Shown one piece after another: positions 1 through 9,340 of a DNA stretch of 34,890 nucleotides. How positions within the stretch are numbered: the stretch's first letter is position 1; every line of letters starts with the position of its first letter. The stretch is from NCBI GenBank assembly GCA_020846535.1, contig JADLDR010000077.1, positions 1-34,890 on the forward strand, written 5' to 3'. The notes below the pieces were generated by a model. It was given only the letters and a program-made list of their open reading frames with translations, was not told the origin of the DNA and did no database searches. The position numbers were made by a program, and so were the translations under genes. This DNA is from Armatimonadota bacterium (GTDB lineage: Bacteria > Armatimonadota > JADLDR01).

Positions 1-159
1 AAGATTAAGAGCAATATTCGACGCTGTATCGAAGGTTCCTGCTCGCGAGGTCCGGTCAATATAGCCCCTGTCCCAACCGATACAGCCCGAGGGGATACCC
101 TTGCAGGAGATAGGGCGGCATCATGCCTCGATTTGCAGACGACAACTTGAAATCGGGCC

Positions 160-789
160 TCAAGACAAGAGGCGTATGAGAATCGCTCCCAGGAAGCCGC
201 CGAAGAGCGCCGAACCGATGGCGGTGCGGGTAATCAAGACCGCAAGTGAGCGACTGCTGCGGGATTTCTCGGCGCGGATGCGGATCAGGGTCAGATCAAG
301 TGTCTTTTCGTAGCCCAAGCCGTCACTCACCCTGACCATCCCTTTTTCAGGGTCGAACCGTTCGACCCTGACCGTACACCATCCCCATCCGGCCCAGTAG
401 CACTGAAGTTTCTGGCCGGGCAGGATCGAAAAAACACGTAAATCCGTCAGGGGCAGGGCGTGATCGCCCCCGGTCAGGAAACGAACTCGCGCCCTGTTTT
501 CCATCACTTCCAGAACGTCGGCAATATAGAAAGCCCCGTCCGCAGACTTGGCGAAAACGCGCTCCCCCGGCTTGATGTCTTCGAGCGGCATCCCGAAATG
601 CTCTCTGAGGGATTGCTCGACGGCCTCGCGGCTGATCCCGGCTGCCTCCGCCGCACGCAATAAAGCCTCTGCATCGCCCGGCATCTCCGCCCCCTGGAAT
701 CGGCGCAGGTCGATCTCCTGGGCGCGCCGCAGTATATCCTGCAACTCCTGGGACTCCATATCCCCGATTTGAAGCGGTTGAAAGCGCAT
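160..789 (-). CDS. hypothetical protein with C-terminal transmembrane anchor
   Basis: ORF 160-834 in the track. Start moved to the ATG at 789 (MRFQPL...) because ATAAGGAGG sits 8 nt upstream. A hydrophobic C-terminal segment (LAVLITRTAIGSALFGGFLGAILIRLL) suggests a membrane anchor. No family recognised. Confidence 0.45.
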   Translation of the reverse strand: MRFQPLQIGDMESQELQDILRRAQEIDLRRFQGAEMPGDAEALLRAAEAAGISREAVEQSLREHFGMPLEDIKPGERVFAKSADGAFYIADVLEVMENRARVRFLTGGDHALPLTDLRVFSILPGQKLQCYWAGWGWCTVRVERFDPEKGMVRVSDGLGYEKTLDLTLIRIRAEKSRSSRSLAVLITRTAIGSALFGGFLGAILIRLLS

Positions 790-952
790 CGGACGAATCC
801 TCCTTATCGGGCAGCTTATTGTATAGTTCTCCATACGGTGTCACGCTCCTTCTTGCCGCCCGCCCCCCGGCGGCCAGCCGAGAAGGATTTCCGGCAGGGG
901 TAATGAACAAAGAGAATGACCTTCAAGACCGACTATCGACAGGAGCCGTATC

Positions 953-3900
953 ATGATGATCAAACCTCTCATTCTGGCAGGCACGTTTTTTTGGCTGGCT
1001 GGGAGCCTTCCGGCTGCCGATATGCCCGACCCTTACCGGCGCTCCGACCAGCCGGTTGTCGGTCCGGCCCCTGTGCCGGTGATGGAACAGGTCTTCTGGG
1101 TGCAGGTACAGCTTTCACCCTGGGATCCTGTCAATGTCAGCGCCCCGGAAGGAGTCCGGCTGCTCGATCAAACCAGGCCCCTGCCCGGGCGCGAATCGCA
1201 GTGGACGCGCTTTTATTTCCGTTCGGACCGGGGCCTCAAGGGCGCAGCCATCGTCCTGACCCCGGAAGGGGCAGCCCCCATACGGGTTCCTTTGAACATC
1301 CGCACCTACCGGGAGGATATCGAGACCCACATCAAGGCGGTTTCCGGTGTCGATCCGTCCGTTCGCAAGCGCGGGCGAGCCTATTATACCGATGAGCGCA
1401 TCGGCCTGGCGAAAGCGAATTTGAGCCGCTTTTCCGGCATGAAGGACGACCTCCTGCGCCCGACGGCTTTCGATACGCTGAGCGATTCGCAGCTTTTCGA
1501 TTGGCTGCCTTCCTGGAATATGCCGCGCCAGACCTACAGCAACTGGCCCTGCCCTTACTGCGGCACGAAAGTCTACACCCACAGCGCCTTCTATCCGTGG
1601 GGCGATCAGCTCACGCGCTTCAAGGCCGTCTGCCCGGAATGCAAACGATCCTTCCCTTCCAACGACATCACCCGGGATGACTTCACCGGCGGCGAATTTC
1701 CGGACGACGGCTGGGGCTGTGACCTGACCGGCAGTGGAAAGCGTGAGGATCGCGCCGGTTGGGTCGCCAATGCCAATCAGTTCGCCGTCTGGCATAGGGT
1801 CGGCGAAAAGATTCACCGGCTGGCCCTGCGCTATCTGCTTCTGGACGACAACAACGCCGCCCACCGCGCCGCCCTGCTTCTGGCCCGCATCGCCTATGTC
1901 TATCCCGGCATGGATACGCGATGGCAGCAGGTGCTTCCGGGGTATCTTCGCCCCGGCAAGGTGGAGCTGGACCAGAACTGGGAATACAGCGTCTCCATCC
2001 TTCCGGCGATCAAGGCTTATGACGCCCTCTACGACTATATCGGGCAGGACAGGCGGCTTGCCGAGTTTCTGCGCGGCAAAGACCCTGAGATCAAAGCCCC
2101 GGACGATGTGCGGGCGCTCATCGAAACCTACCTCATCCAGACGGCGGGCTGGAATTCGAGCCATAACTTCTTCGGGACAGGAGACAACGGGTGGGCCGAA
2201 ACGATCCTCGCCTGGATCGCTCTTCTTGCCGATATGGGGCCGGTCAGCGACCGGTGGATCGAGGGCATCTTCACGCACGGCTACAACAGCGGCATGAAAA
2301 AAGGCGGCGTGGACGATGTCAGCCTTCTGAACTACGAAACCAGGGAGGGGCCGACCTGGATCGGGGCCTTCGGCTACAGCACCGGCAACCTCAATATGTA
2401 TGCGGACCTGGCCGAAGCCCTCAGTCTCTACAAATCCCCCAGGTGGGCCGCTCGCTGCAATCTCTGGGATCCCGCGCTATACCCGCGGGTATCCGCGGTC
2501 TTTACCGCCTACCAGCAGATGCAGGCCGCCGGCCAGTTCTTCCCCTGCTACGGCGACCACAGCAACGCATTGGGAGACCGGCGCTCCGACCTGGGCGGGG
2601 AGTTCGACCGGGCGTTCCGGGTGGCCTACCGGGCGATGAAAAGCGATGAACTGGCCCGGTATCTCTACGCTCGCGGCAGAACCGGCCCCGAGCCGTTCGA
2701 GGAGGACATCTGGCCCGAGATCGAGGCGAAAGGCAAAAAGCTGGGGCCTTCACCGCCGATGGAAAGCCGGGTCATGGACGGGGTCGGAATGGCCTTTCTG
2801 GAATCGCGCCCGGAGGCAACCGCCCCGGAAGACAGGGCGGCGGCCTGCCTGCGGTACGGCTACGGCTGGGGCCATACCCATCACGACAACCTGAATATCG
2901 AGATGTGGGCCAAAGGCGTTCCCATCGCTCCCGAGCTGGGCTATCCTACCTGGGCGCATCCTATGGGTTCGACCACCCGGACAGCCCACCACAATACCGG
3001 CATGATCGACCGGAAGACCCAGTATCAAGGGAGTACCGCCCGGGGAACCCTGAACCTGTTCGCCGGAGCGCCGGAAGCCTCTTTTACGGAGATTTTGGCC
3101 CGGCCCGACAACTTCCCGAACCGCTATTACCGGCGGGCGGCGGCCCTTCTGGATGCTCCGGGCGGCAATGCCTATCTTCTGGATGTATTCCGCATGGCGG
3201 GCGGCAAGGTGCGGACATACAGCCTTCACGGCCCTCCTTATGACGATTTCCGGACCGGCCTTTCGTTCGGCTCCAAAGAGCCGGAAGCCTATTATGACAA
3301 CCTGATCGAGCCTCAGACCGCCCGAAGCGACGGGCCGGTCCGGGCCGACTGGAAATACCTGCGAAAGAATCTCTACCTATCGGTTCATCTTCTGCCACAG
3401 CCCGGCAGGCGATACATCACCGCCGCCTTCGGCAAGCCGGACTCGCCTCCTGTCCGCTTCCTGATGGCGGAGGACGACCGGGAGGACGGGGCCAGCGAAT
3501 TTGTCGCCCTATGGGAGCCGCACGAGGGAGAAAGCGCCATCGAGAAAATCGAACGGCTGCCCGTGTCCGCCGGGAAAGAGCCGGAGGGGTTCCGTCCGGT
3601 GGCCCTCCGGGTGACGCTCAAAGGAGGCCAGATAGACACGATTTTGTATGCGGCCAATCCGACCCGGTTCAAAGCAGGCGATATCGAGTTCGAGGGCACA
3701 TTCGGCTATTATTCCGAAACGAACGGTCGGTTGCGCTGCCTCCATCTGGCGAATGGTCGCCGCCTCACCAAAGGTAGAAAAGGCATACAGGAACTCGAAG
3801 CGCCTTTTCAGGCGAAAATCGCAGCGGCTGATCCTTACCGCAAAACGATACGCCTGAACCGCCGTTTGCCCAAAGGCAGTTATGCAGGCCAACTCCTCTA

Positions 3901-4348
3901 TATCGGGGGGCGACATCCCAGCGCCTACCATATTGTAGGGGTAGTGGATGACTATACCCTTCGTGTGGACTACAGCCCCATCATTTTCCGTTCCAGGGTA
4001 GACAAGTTCGAGAAAGACCATCTTGTCTGCGAACTGGACGCCAACCTGGAAGCCCCTCGCTTCACGCCCGGATACTATGACGGCGCGTTCCTGAGCGGAG
4101 AGCCATTGAAAGGAGCCTATCGGGTGACGAGAGTGGAGGGCAACCGCTTCTACACGAACAGGCAGCCGGACCCCAAGGACTTTCCGGACGCAGACGGCGA
4201 CAGCAGGCGAGTGATGAGCGTTTACGATTTCGGCCCGGGCGACGAGGTGGCCCTGTATCGCTTTGCCTGGGTGCGCCGGGAGGCCGACGGAAAGCTGACG
4301 AGCAGGATTTCCGGGAAGGCCGTGCTTGTGGGATTGGCCGCAAAATAG
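953..4348 (+). CDS. secreted heparinase II/III-like polysaccharide lyase family protein (1131 aa)
   Basis: Uninterrupted 1131-aa ORF with an N-terminal signal peptide (MMIKPLILAGTFFWLAGSLPAADMP). Large alpha/alpha-toroid-like segment plus a His-rich core (WGHTHHDNLNIEMWAKG), reminiscent of Hepar_II_III/alginate-lyase-like proteins. Contains a CxxC...CxxC insert (CPYCGTK...CPECKRS). Ends with TAG. Family assignment is from memory of motifs, not a search. Confidence 0.55.
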   Translation: MMIKPLILAGTFFWLAGSLPAADMPDPYRRSDQPVVGPAPVPVMEQVFWVQVQLSPWDPVNVSAPEGVRLLDQTRPLPGRESQWTRFYFRSDRGLKGAAIVLTPEGAAPIRVPLNIRTYREDIETHIKAVSGVDPSVRKRGRAYYTDERIGLAKANLSRFSGMKDDLLRPTAFDTLSDSQLFDWLPSWNMPRQTYSNWPCPYCGTKVYTHSAFYPWGDQLTRFKAVCPECKRSFPSNDITRDDFTGGEFPDDGWGCDLTGSGKREDRAGWVANANQFAVWHRVGEKIHRLALRYLLLDDNNAAHRAALLLARIAYVYPGMDTRWQQVLPGYLRPGKVELDQNWEYSVSILPAIKAYDALYDYIGQDRRLAEFLRGKDPEIKAPDDVRALIETYLIQTAGWNSSHNFFGTGDNGWAETILAWIALLADMGPVSDRWIEGIFTHGYNSGMKKGGVDDVSLLNYETREGPTWIGAFGYSTGNLNMYADLAEALSLYKSPRWAARCNLWDPALYPRVSAVFTAYQQMQAAGQFFPCYGDHSNALGDRRSDLGGEFDRAFRVAYRAMKSDELARYLYARGRTGPEPFEEDIWPEIEAKGKKLGPSPPMESRVMDGVGMAFLESRPEATAPEDRAAACLRYGYGWGHTHHDNLNIEMWAKGVPIAPELGYPTWAHPMGSTTRTAHHNTGMIDRKTQYQGSTARGTLNLFAGAPEASFTEILARPDNFPNRYYRRAAALLDAPGGNAYLLDVFRMAGGKVRTYSLHGPPYDDFRTGLSFGSKEPEAYYDNLIEPQTARSDGPVRADWKYLRKNLYLSVHLLPQPGRRYITAAFGKPDSPPVRFLMAEDDREDGASEFVALWEPHEGESAIEKIERLPVSAGKEPEGFRPVALRVTLKGGQIDTILYAANPTRFKAGDIEFEGTFGYYSETNGRLRCLHLANGRRLTKGRKGIQELEAPFQAKIAAADPYRKTIRLNRRLPKGSYAGQLLYIGGRHPSAYHIVGVVDDYTLRVDYSPIIFRSRVDKFEKDHLVCELDANLEAPRFTPGYYDGAFLSGEPLKGAYRVTRVEGNRFYTNRQPDPKDFPDADGDSRRVMSVYDFGPGDEVALYRFAWVRREADGKLTSRISGKAVLVGLAAK

Positions 4349-4382
4349 GACGCTCGCTTGGCGTGAAAATAGGCGTTGTGGA

Positions 4383-4471
4383 TGTCATTGCGAGGAGCGA
4401 AGCGACGAAGCAATCTCCAGGCTATCGCCATCAGCGCGAATCCCTCGAAGCGAAGGCTCCTTGCGATGACA
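4383..4471. repeat. palindromic intergenic repeat element, family 1 copy A (~89 bp)
   Basis: TGTCATTGCGAGGAGCGAAGCGACGAAGCAATCTCCAGG ... GCTCCTTGCGATGACA. Terminal arms are near-perfect inverted repeats (16 bp, 2 mismatches). The core motif recurs at ~5209, 6721, 18968 and 31746. Confidence 0.7.
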
Positions 4472-4488
4472 AGCAGATGCAGCCCTGC

Positions 4489-4517
4489 AAAAAAAGCCGC
4501 TCCGGTTAAGGAGCGGC
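4489..4517 (-). terminator. rho-independent terminator for the tlpA-like gene (possibly bidirectional)
   Basis: GCCGCTCC-ggttaa-GGAGCGGC stem-loop, flanked by AAAAAAA on the plus strand, which gives a U-run on the minus-strand transcript. Lies between convergent genes. Confidence 0.6.
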
Positions 4518-4546
4518 GGCAGTGTACTTTCTTGGAGGGGACAGGA

Positions 4547-5065
4547 TTATTTTTTCGCCAGATTGCTGACCTGCTGCTCGATGGCATCGGCATCGAAGCC
4601 GACGATGGTGGCGACGATGTTGTGATTTTCATCCAGGATGAAGTTGGTCGGAACGACCTGGACGCCGAGTTGTTCGGCGATCTTGTTGTCCCTGTCCACC
4701 AGCATCGGATAGGTCAGGCCGTGCTTGTCTTTGAACTCTTTGGCAAGCTCAACGGCATCGCCCCGGGCGAAGGTGGCGACCCCGATCACCTGAATCTTCT
4801 CTCCGTATTTCCGGTGGATTTCGTTCTCCAGATGAGGGGCTTCCTCGTTGCAGGGCGGGCACCAGTGCGCGAACACATCGAGCAGGACCGGCTTGCTCTT
4901 GAAATCGGAAAGATTCACGGTCTTGCCGTTCACATCGGTCAGGGTGAAATCGATGGGCTTGCCTTCCCGGGCGGGCGAGCCGGACTGCGCCCTATTGATA
5001 CCCGACACCAGCAGGGCAACCGCAGCCGCAGCAAGAATCAGTTGTATGGGTTTCTTGAAGGACAT
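4547..5065 (-). CDS. TlpA/ResA-like thiol-disulfide oxidoreductase (thioredoxin fold, membrane-anchored or secreted)
   Basis: 172 aa with an N-terminal hydrophobic signal/anchor. WCPPC active-site motif in a redoxin-type context (KPVLLDVFAHWCPPCNEEAP). TAA stop. Confidence 0.85.
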   Translation of the reverse strand: MSFKKPIQLILAAAAVALLVSGINRAQSGSPAREGKPIDFTLTDVNGKTVNLSDFKSKPVLLDVFAHWCPPCNEEAPHLENEIHRKYGEKIQVIGVATFARGDAVELAKEFKDKHGLTYPMLVDRDNKIAEQLGVQVVPTNFILDENHNIVATIVGFDADAIEQQVSNLAKK

Positions 5066-5120
5066 GGCAAAACGCGCCTCCGTTATTTTCAGTCGGATTT
5101 CAAAACTTACTCCTTTTTAT

Positions 5121-5149
5121 TTTATACTATCTTTCATTAAAGGCTGCAA
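5121..5149 (-). promoter_or_regulatory. candidate sigma70-type promoter for the tlpA-like gene
   Basis: On the minus strand: TTGCAG, 17-bp spacer, TATAAA. Located ~60 nt upstream of the start codon in an AT-rich divergent intergenic region. Confidence 0.3.
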
Positions 5150-5204
5150 GGTAGAAGGCGTGAAATCATCTTGTCTTTTTATGGATGCAGGTTGCCTGTC
5201 CTTG

Positions 5205-5240
5205 CCAGAAGCGCATCGACGAAGCCATCTCCAGCCTCGC
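5205..5240. repeat. degenerate fragment of family 1 repeat
   Basis: GAAGCGCATCGACGAAGCCATCTCCAGCCTCGC resembles the GAAGCGACGAAGCAATCTCCAGGCTATCGCC core of copy A. Confidence 0.35.
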
Positions 5241-5375
5241 AAATGAACGTAGCTTACCTCGGCATGGAATTTGCCATCCAAGCGAACGCTCTGTTATGTC
5301 TACCGGCTTGCATCCGGTGGCCGGGATAGTTTATGATAATGTGGCTGCCACATTTCGATTTTCAAGGGAGCCTGC

Positions 5376-6692
5376 ATGAAACGGTTATGCTATATAGTCG
5401 CCGCTCTGGCGCTGCTTCTTGCCGGATGTTCAGTCGAAAAGCCGGAGGACGAGAAGAATATCACCCTCGAAGTGGCTGTCTTCGAAGGGGGATTCGGTAT
5501 CGAGTGGCATAAAGGGATCGCCCGGGAATACGAAAAAACGCACCCGGGCATCAAGATCAACCTGTGGGGAGACCCTCGCGTGGATGAAAAACTCAAGCCC
5601 CGCATCTTGAGAGGCTCTCCGCCGGACGCCGCCTCCGCCATCCTTCCCATCTGGAAGCTGATCGTCAGCGGCAAGCTCTACCCGCTCGATGAGGCGCTCA
5701 ATTCCCCGGCCTACGGTCAGCCGGATAAAACGTGGCGGCAGACCTTCTTCCCCGGCATCCTTCAAAACTACGAGTATCGGGGCAAGGTCTACGGCCTGCC
5801 GCTCGCTTTCGGGGCATGGGTGATGTGGTACGACCGGCGGATGTTCCGGGAGCGAGGCTGGGAAATCCCGAAAACCTGGGAGGAGATGCTGGCCCTGTGC
5901 GATAAAATGAAGGCATCAGGCATCGCCCCCATCGCCTTTCAGGGGAAATACCCGTCCTATGCCTGGGGAACCCTTCTTTCCATCTACCAGCGCATCACCA
6001 CCTGGGACAGGTTCGCCGCCATCCAGAACCTGGAGCCGGACGCTTTCAAAAACCCGGACTTTATCCGGGCCGCGCAGATGCTTCAAGACCTGGCGGTCAA
6101 GTATTTCCAGAAGGGCTGCATGGCAATGACCCACACGGAAAGCCAGCTCGAATATGTGAACGGGCGGGCGGCCATGGTTCCCTGTGGCCTCTGGCTGAAA
6201 AACGAGATGAAGGAAGCCATCCCGAAGGGCTTCGAGATGGACTGCTTCGCTATCCCGCCCCCGGCGGGCGGCAAAGGCGACCCCAACGCCTGCAACGGAG
6301 GAGGCGGCGAATATTTCTTCGTCTTCTCCGAGGCCAAGCATCCTAAAGAGGCCGCCGATTTCCTGAAATTCATGATGTCCCGGCAGAGCGGCAAAAGCTA
6401 TGTCAAGACGCTGGACACTCTCTCCACCATCCAGGGAACCTTCGCCCCCGATACCGTCTCCCCGGAACTCAAAGGGGCGGTCAACATCGTCCTGAACGCC
6501 AGCCGCACGTATGCCGACCGTCTGGGCATCCTCTATCTGGAATGGGCCTCCCGCACCATGCCCACCAAACTGGCCCAGCTCATCCAGAAAACCATCACCC
6601 CGGGAGAGTTCGCCCAGCACATGGAGGACGCCGCAGAGCAAATCCGCAAGGACCCGGACATCTACAAACCGCCGCCGATCAAGTATAATTGA
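5376..6692 (+). CDS. sugar ABC transporter substrate-binding lipoprotein (extracellular solute-binding protein family 1)
   Basis: 438 aa. Lipoprotein signal with lipobox (LLLAGCS). Size and composition are typical of CUT1-family binding proteins. Immediately followed by two MalF/MalG-type permease genes. TGA stop. Confidence 0.8.
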   Translation: MKRLCYIVAALALLLAGCSVEKPEDEKNITLEVAVFEGGFGIEWHKGIAREYEKTHPGIKINLWGDPRVDEKLKPRILRGSPPDAASAILPIWKLIVSGKLYPLDEALNSPAYGQPDKTWRQTFFPGILQNYEYRGKVYGLPLAFGAWVMWYDRRMFRERGWEIPKTWEEMLALCDKMKASGIAPIAFQGKYPSYAWGTLLSIYQRITTWDRFAAIQNLEPDAFKNPDFIRAAQMLQDLAVKYFQKGCMAMTHTESQLEYVNGRAAMVPCGLWLKNEMKEAIPKGFEMDCFAIPPPAGGKGDPNACNGGGGEYFFVFSEAKHPKEAADFLKFMMSRQSGKSYVKTLDTLSTIQGTFAPDTVSPELKGAVNIVLNASRTYADRLGILYLEWASRTMPTKLAQLIQKTITPGEFAQHMEDAAEQIRKDPDIYKPPPIKYN

Positions 6693-6720
6693 TCCATGCC
6701 ATCCGCCAGGAGCCCCGTCG

Positions 6721-6765
6721 ATGCCGTCTGCGAGGAGCGAAAGCTCCGCGGCAATCTCCGGCGTA
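6721..6765. repeat. solo half-copy of family 1 repeat
   Basis: GTCTGCGAGGAGCGAAAGCTCCGCGGCAATCTCCGGCG matches one arm of copies B and C (GTCTGCGAGGAGC...GGCAATCTCCAGCG). Confidence 0.5.
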
Positions 6766-6896
6766 ACTAAAGACTGAAACGGCTCTGGTCGTTACATCCC
6801 TGGCAATTGCTTCGCTCGCCATGACATGGATGTACGCACAGCGGCACAGTTCGATTCCTATTCCAAGCGCAAGCCCTGACAGGTAAAGGATCGCTC

Positions 6897-7784
6897 ATGC
6901 GTACGAAAGAGCAAAAAGTTCTCATCTTCTTTTTCCTGGCCCCGGCAGTGGTGATGTACGGGCTGTTCGTGCTGCTACCAGCGGTCAATGCGCTGTGGTA
7001 CAGCCTGACCAACTGGGACGGACTGACAGCGCCGCAGTGGGCGGGATTGAAGAATTTCCGGATGATCGCCACCCAGCGGGCGGAGTTCGTGCAGGCCCTG
7101 AAGAACAATCTCTTCCTGATATTCGTGCCGGGGATCTTTATCCTGACGATCTCGCTCTATTTCGCCTATGTGCTGCACCGGGGCACGGCAGGAGCCAGGC
7201 TTTTCCGGGTCACCTACTTCTTCCCGAACGTCATCTCTTTTGTGGCGATCTCGCTCCTGTGGACCCTTATCTACAGCACCACCAAAGTGGGGCTTCTGAA
7301 TTACCTCCTCCAGCACTGGTTCGGCTACCCGGCGGACAATCCTATCCCTTTTACCGAATCCTCCCGGCTGGTCAAATCGCTTATGCCGATGATGGTCTGG
7401 GGGGCGACAGGCTTTTATATGGTTCTGTTCCTGGCTGCCATGCAAAACATCCCTGAATCGCTCTATGAGGCGGCCCGCCTGGACGGGGCCGGGAACTGGC
7501 GCAACTTCTGGCACATCACCTTTCCCCTCATCTGGGATGTCCTGACCACCGGCATCGTCTACCTGGTGATCGGCGGCCTGAAAATATTCGATTACATCTG
7601 GGTCATGGAAAACGGACGGCCCAAAAACGAATCCCACACCATCGCCACCCTGATGTACCAGACGGTCTTTCAGGAGTACCGCATCGGATACGGCACGGCC
7701 ATCGCAGTTCTTCTTTTTGTGCTGATTCTGCTGGCGACCATCGTTTCGTTCCGCCTTCTTCAGCGGGAACGGCTGGAGTATTAA
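6897..7784 (+). CDS. carbohydrate ABC transporter permease (MalF/UgpA-like)
   Basis: 295 aa, multiple transmembrane helices. EAA motif region EAARLDGAGNWRNFWHITFPL. TAA stop. Confidence 0.85.
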   Translation: MRTKEQKVLIFFFLAPAVVMYGLFVLLPAVNALWYSLTNWDGLTAPQWAGLKNFRMIATQRAEFVQALKNNLFLIFVPGIFILTISLYFAYVLHRGTAGARLFRVTYFFPNVISFVAISLLWTLIYSTTKVGLLNYLLQHWFGYPADNPIPFTESSRLVKSLMPMMVWGATGFYMVLFLAAMQNIPESLYEAARLDGAGNWRNFWHITFPLIWDVLTTGIVYLVIGGLKIFDYIWVMENGRPKNESHTIATLMYQTVFQEYRIGYGTAIAVLLFVLILLATIVSFRLLQRERLEY

Positions 7785-7785
7785 A

Positions 7786-8727
7786 ATGACAGAACGCTCG
7801 CCTCTCGCCTATATTTCAGGCGCAATCAAGTATATCATTCTGGTCACCTACCTGGCCCTGGTGATCTTCCCGATGTTCTGGGTGCTGTACACCAGCGCCA
7901 AGTCCACTGAGGAGATCTACCGGAATCCCTTCGGCCTTCCCAAGCTGGTCACCTCGCCCGATCCGGAAAGCTGGCTCACCCTGGCCCGGAACTATGAAAA
8001 GGCGTGGGTCAAATCCCACTTCAGCAGCTATTTTTTGAATAGCGTCAAGGTAGTCGCCATCAGCCTGGTCCTGATCCTCCTTCTCTCCGCGATGGCCGCC
8101 TACATCCTGGCCCGTTTCGATTTCAAGGGGAACCGCTTTCTCTTTTATCTCTTCTTATCGGGCCTGATGATCCCGATGCAACTGACCCTGATTCCCCTTT
8201 TTTTCCAGTTCACCTGGCTTTCGGACGCCCTGACCTCGCTGGCGCGGCCTCTGGGCGATGCCCTCCACATCGGCAAGGTTACCGTTTCTCTCCACGACAC
8301 CCACGCCGGGCTGATCCTGATTTATGTGGCCGCCTCCCTGCCCTTCACCATCTTCATCCTGACCAGTTTCTTCAGAACGCTGCCCAATGAACTCAAGGAG
8401 GCCGCCGTGATCGACGGGGCCAGCGAAGCGACCGCCTTCTGGCAGGTCATGCTGCCTCTCGCCAAGCCGGGCATCGTTACCGTGGCGATCTTCAATTTCT
8501 TGGGCCTGTGGAACGAATATCTCTTCGCCCTCGTATTCATCAATAACGATGTCTTAAAAACGCTCCCCCTGGGGCTTGCCAGCATCAGCATCCAGGCCCA
8601 ATATAAGAGCGATTTCGGCCTGATGTTCGCCGGTCTGGTGATCGTGATGCTCCCCACCCTCGCGGTCTATATAATCCTTCAGGAAAAACTGACAAAGGGA
8701 ATTACGATGGGAGCGTTGAAAGGGTAA
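7786..8727 (+). CDS. carbohydrate ABC transporter permease (MalG/UgpE-like)
   Basis: 313 aa. Start ATG is 1 nt after the upstream stop. EAA motif EAAVIDGASEATAFWQVMLPLAKPG. TAA stop. Confidence 0.85.
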   Translation: MTERSPLAYISGAIKYIILVTYLALVIFPMFWVLYTSAKSTEEIYRNPFGLPKLVTSPDPESWLTLARNYEKAWVKSHFSSYFLNSVKVVAISLVLILLLSAMAAYILARFDFKGNRFLFYLFLSGLMIPMQLTLIPLFFQFTWLSDALTSLARPLGDALHIGKVTVSLHDTHAGLILIYVAASLPFTIFILTSFFRTLPNELKEAAVIDGASEATAFWQVMLPLAKPGIVTVAIFNFLGLWNEYLFALVFINNDVLKTLPLGLASISIQAQYKSDFGLMFAGLVIVMLPTLAVYIILQEKLTKGITMGALKG

Positions 8728-8809
8728 TATCACAGGGAACTTTTTCCCATTCCCGCTGTTAGAACGATAAAAATGAATGCTTAGTCGGTACAAAAAGGAG
8801 GATAACTTC

Positions 8810-9139
8810 ATGAGCAGCGCGCAGGCAGTGACTACCGCCACATTTCAGAGCGAAGTACTCGATTCCGGCGTTCCGGTGCTGGTCGATTTCTGGGCCGTCT
8901 GGTGCGGGCCGTGCAAGGCTGTCGCCCCGACGGTGGACGCCCTTGCCGCCGAATATGCCGGAAAAGTCAAAGTTGTCAAAGTGGATGTGGACCAGGAGCC
9001 TCAGATCGCCGCCAAATACGGCATTCGCTCCATCCCCACCCTGATGGTTTTCAAGGGCGGCCAACTGGTCGACCAGGCCATCGGTGCCGTCCCCAAACAG
9101 CACCTTGCCGGGATGCTGGACAAGGCGCTGGCATCGTAG
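8810..9139 (+). CDS. trxA: thioredoxin
   Basis: WCGPCK active site. ~109 aa if started at the ATG at 8810, which has AAAAGGAGG 7 nt upstream; the track ORF starts earlier at 8777 without an RBS. TAG stop. Confidence 0.9.
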   Translation: MSSAQAVTTATFQSEVLDSGVPVLVDFWAVWCGPCKAVAPTVDALAAEYAGKVKVVKVDVDQEPQIAAKYGIRSIPTLMVFKGGQLVDQAIGAVPKQHLAGMLDKALAS

Positions 9140-9161
9140 GAATCAAGTTTTTACAGCATGA

Positions 9162-9196
9162 GGGCCTCCGGGTTATCCCGGAGGCCCTTTGTTTTT
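9162..9196 (+). terminator. rho-independent terminator after trxA
   Basis: GGGCCTCCGG-gttatc-CCGGAGGCCC followed by TTTGTTTTT. Confidence 0.75.
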
Positions 9197-9340
9197 GGAA
9201 GATCGGATCATGGCGGGATGCTCTCTATAAGAAAGCCCTGTCTCCGAGACCGCGATGAGGAGCCTGACCTCTTCGATACGGAATTGCTGGGATGGCTGGG
9301 GAAATAGCCTTAAGCGGCGGCAATTCCCCTGCCATCCCCT

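Noticed and set aside
1115-2278. 387-aa minus-strand ORF inside the heparinase-like gene
   Set aside because: Antisense GC-frame artefact. The plus strand carries the domain-bearing 1131-aa protein.
9197-9340. GGGATGGCTGGGG…CCCCTGCCATCCC inverted repeat downstream of the enolase gene
   Set aside because: A 13-bp imperfect stem with a 25-nt loop and no U-run on either strand. It may contribute to termination between the convergent trxA and enolase genes, but is not convincing enough to call.
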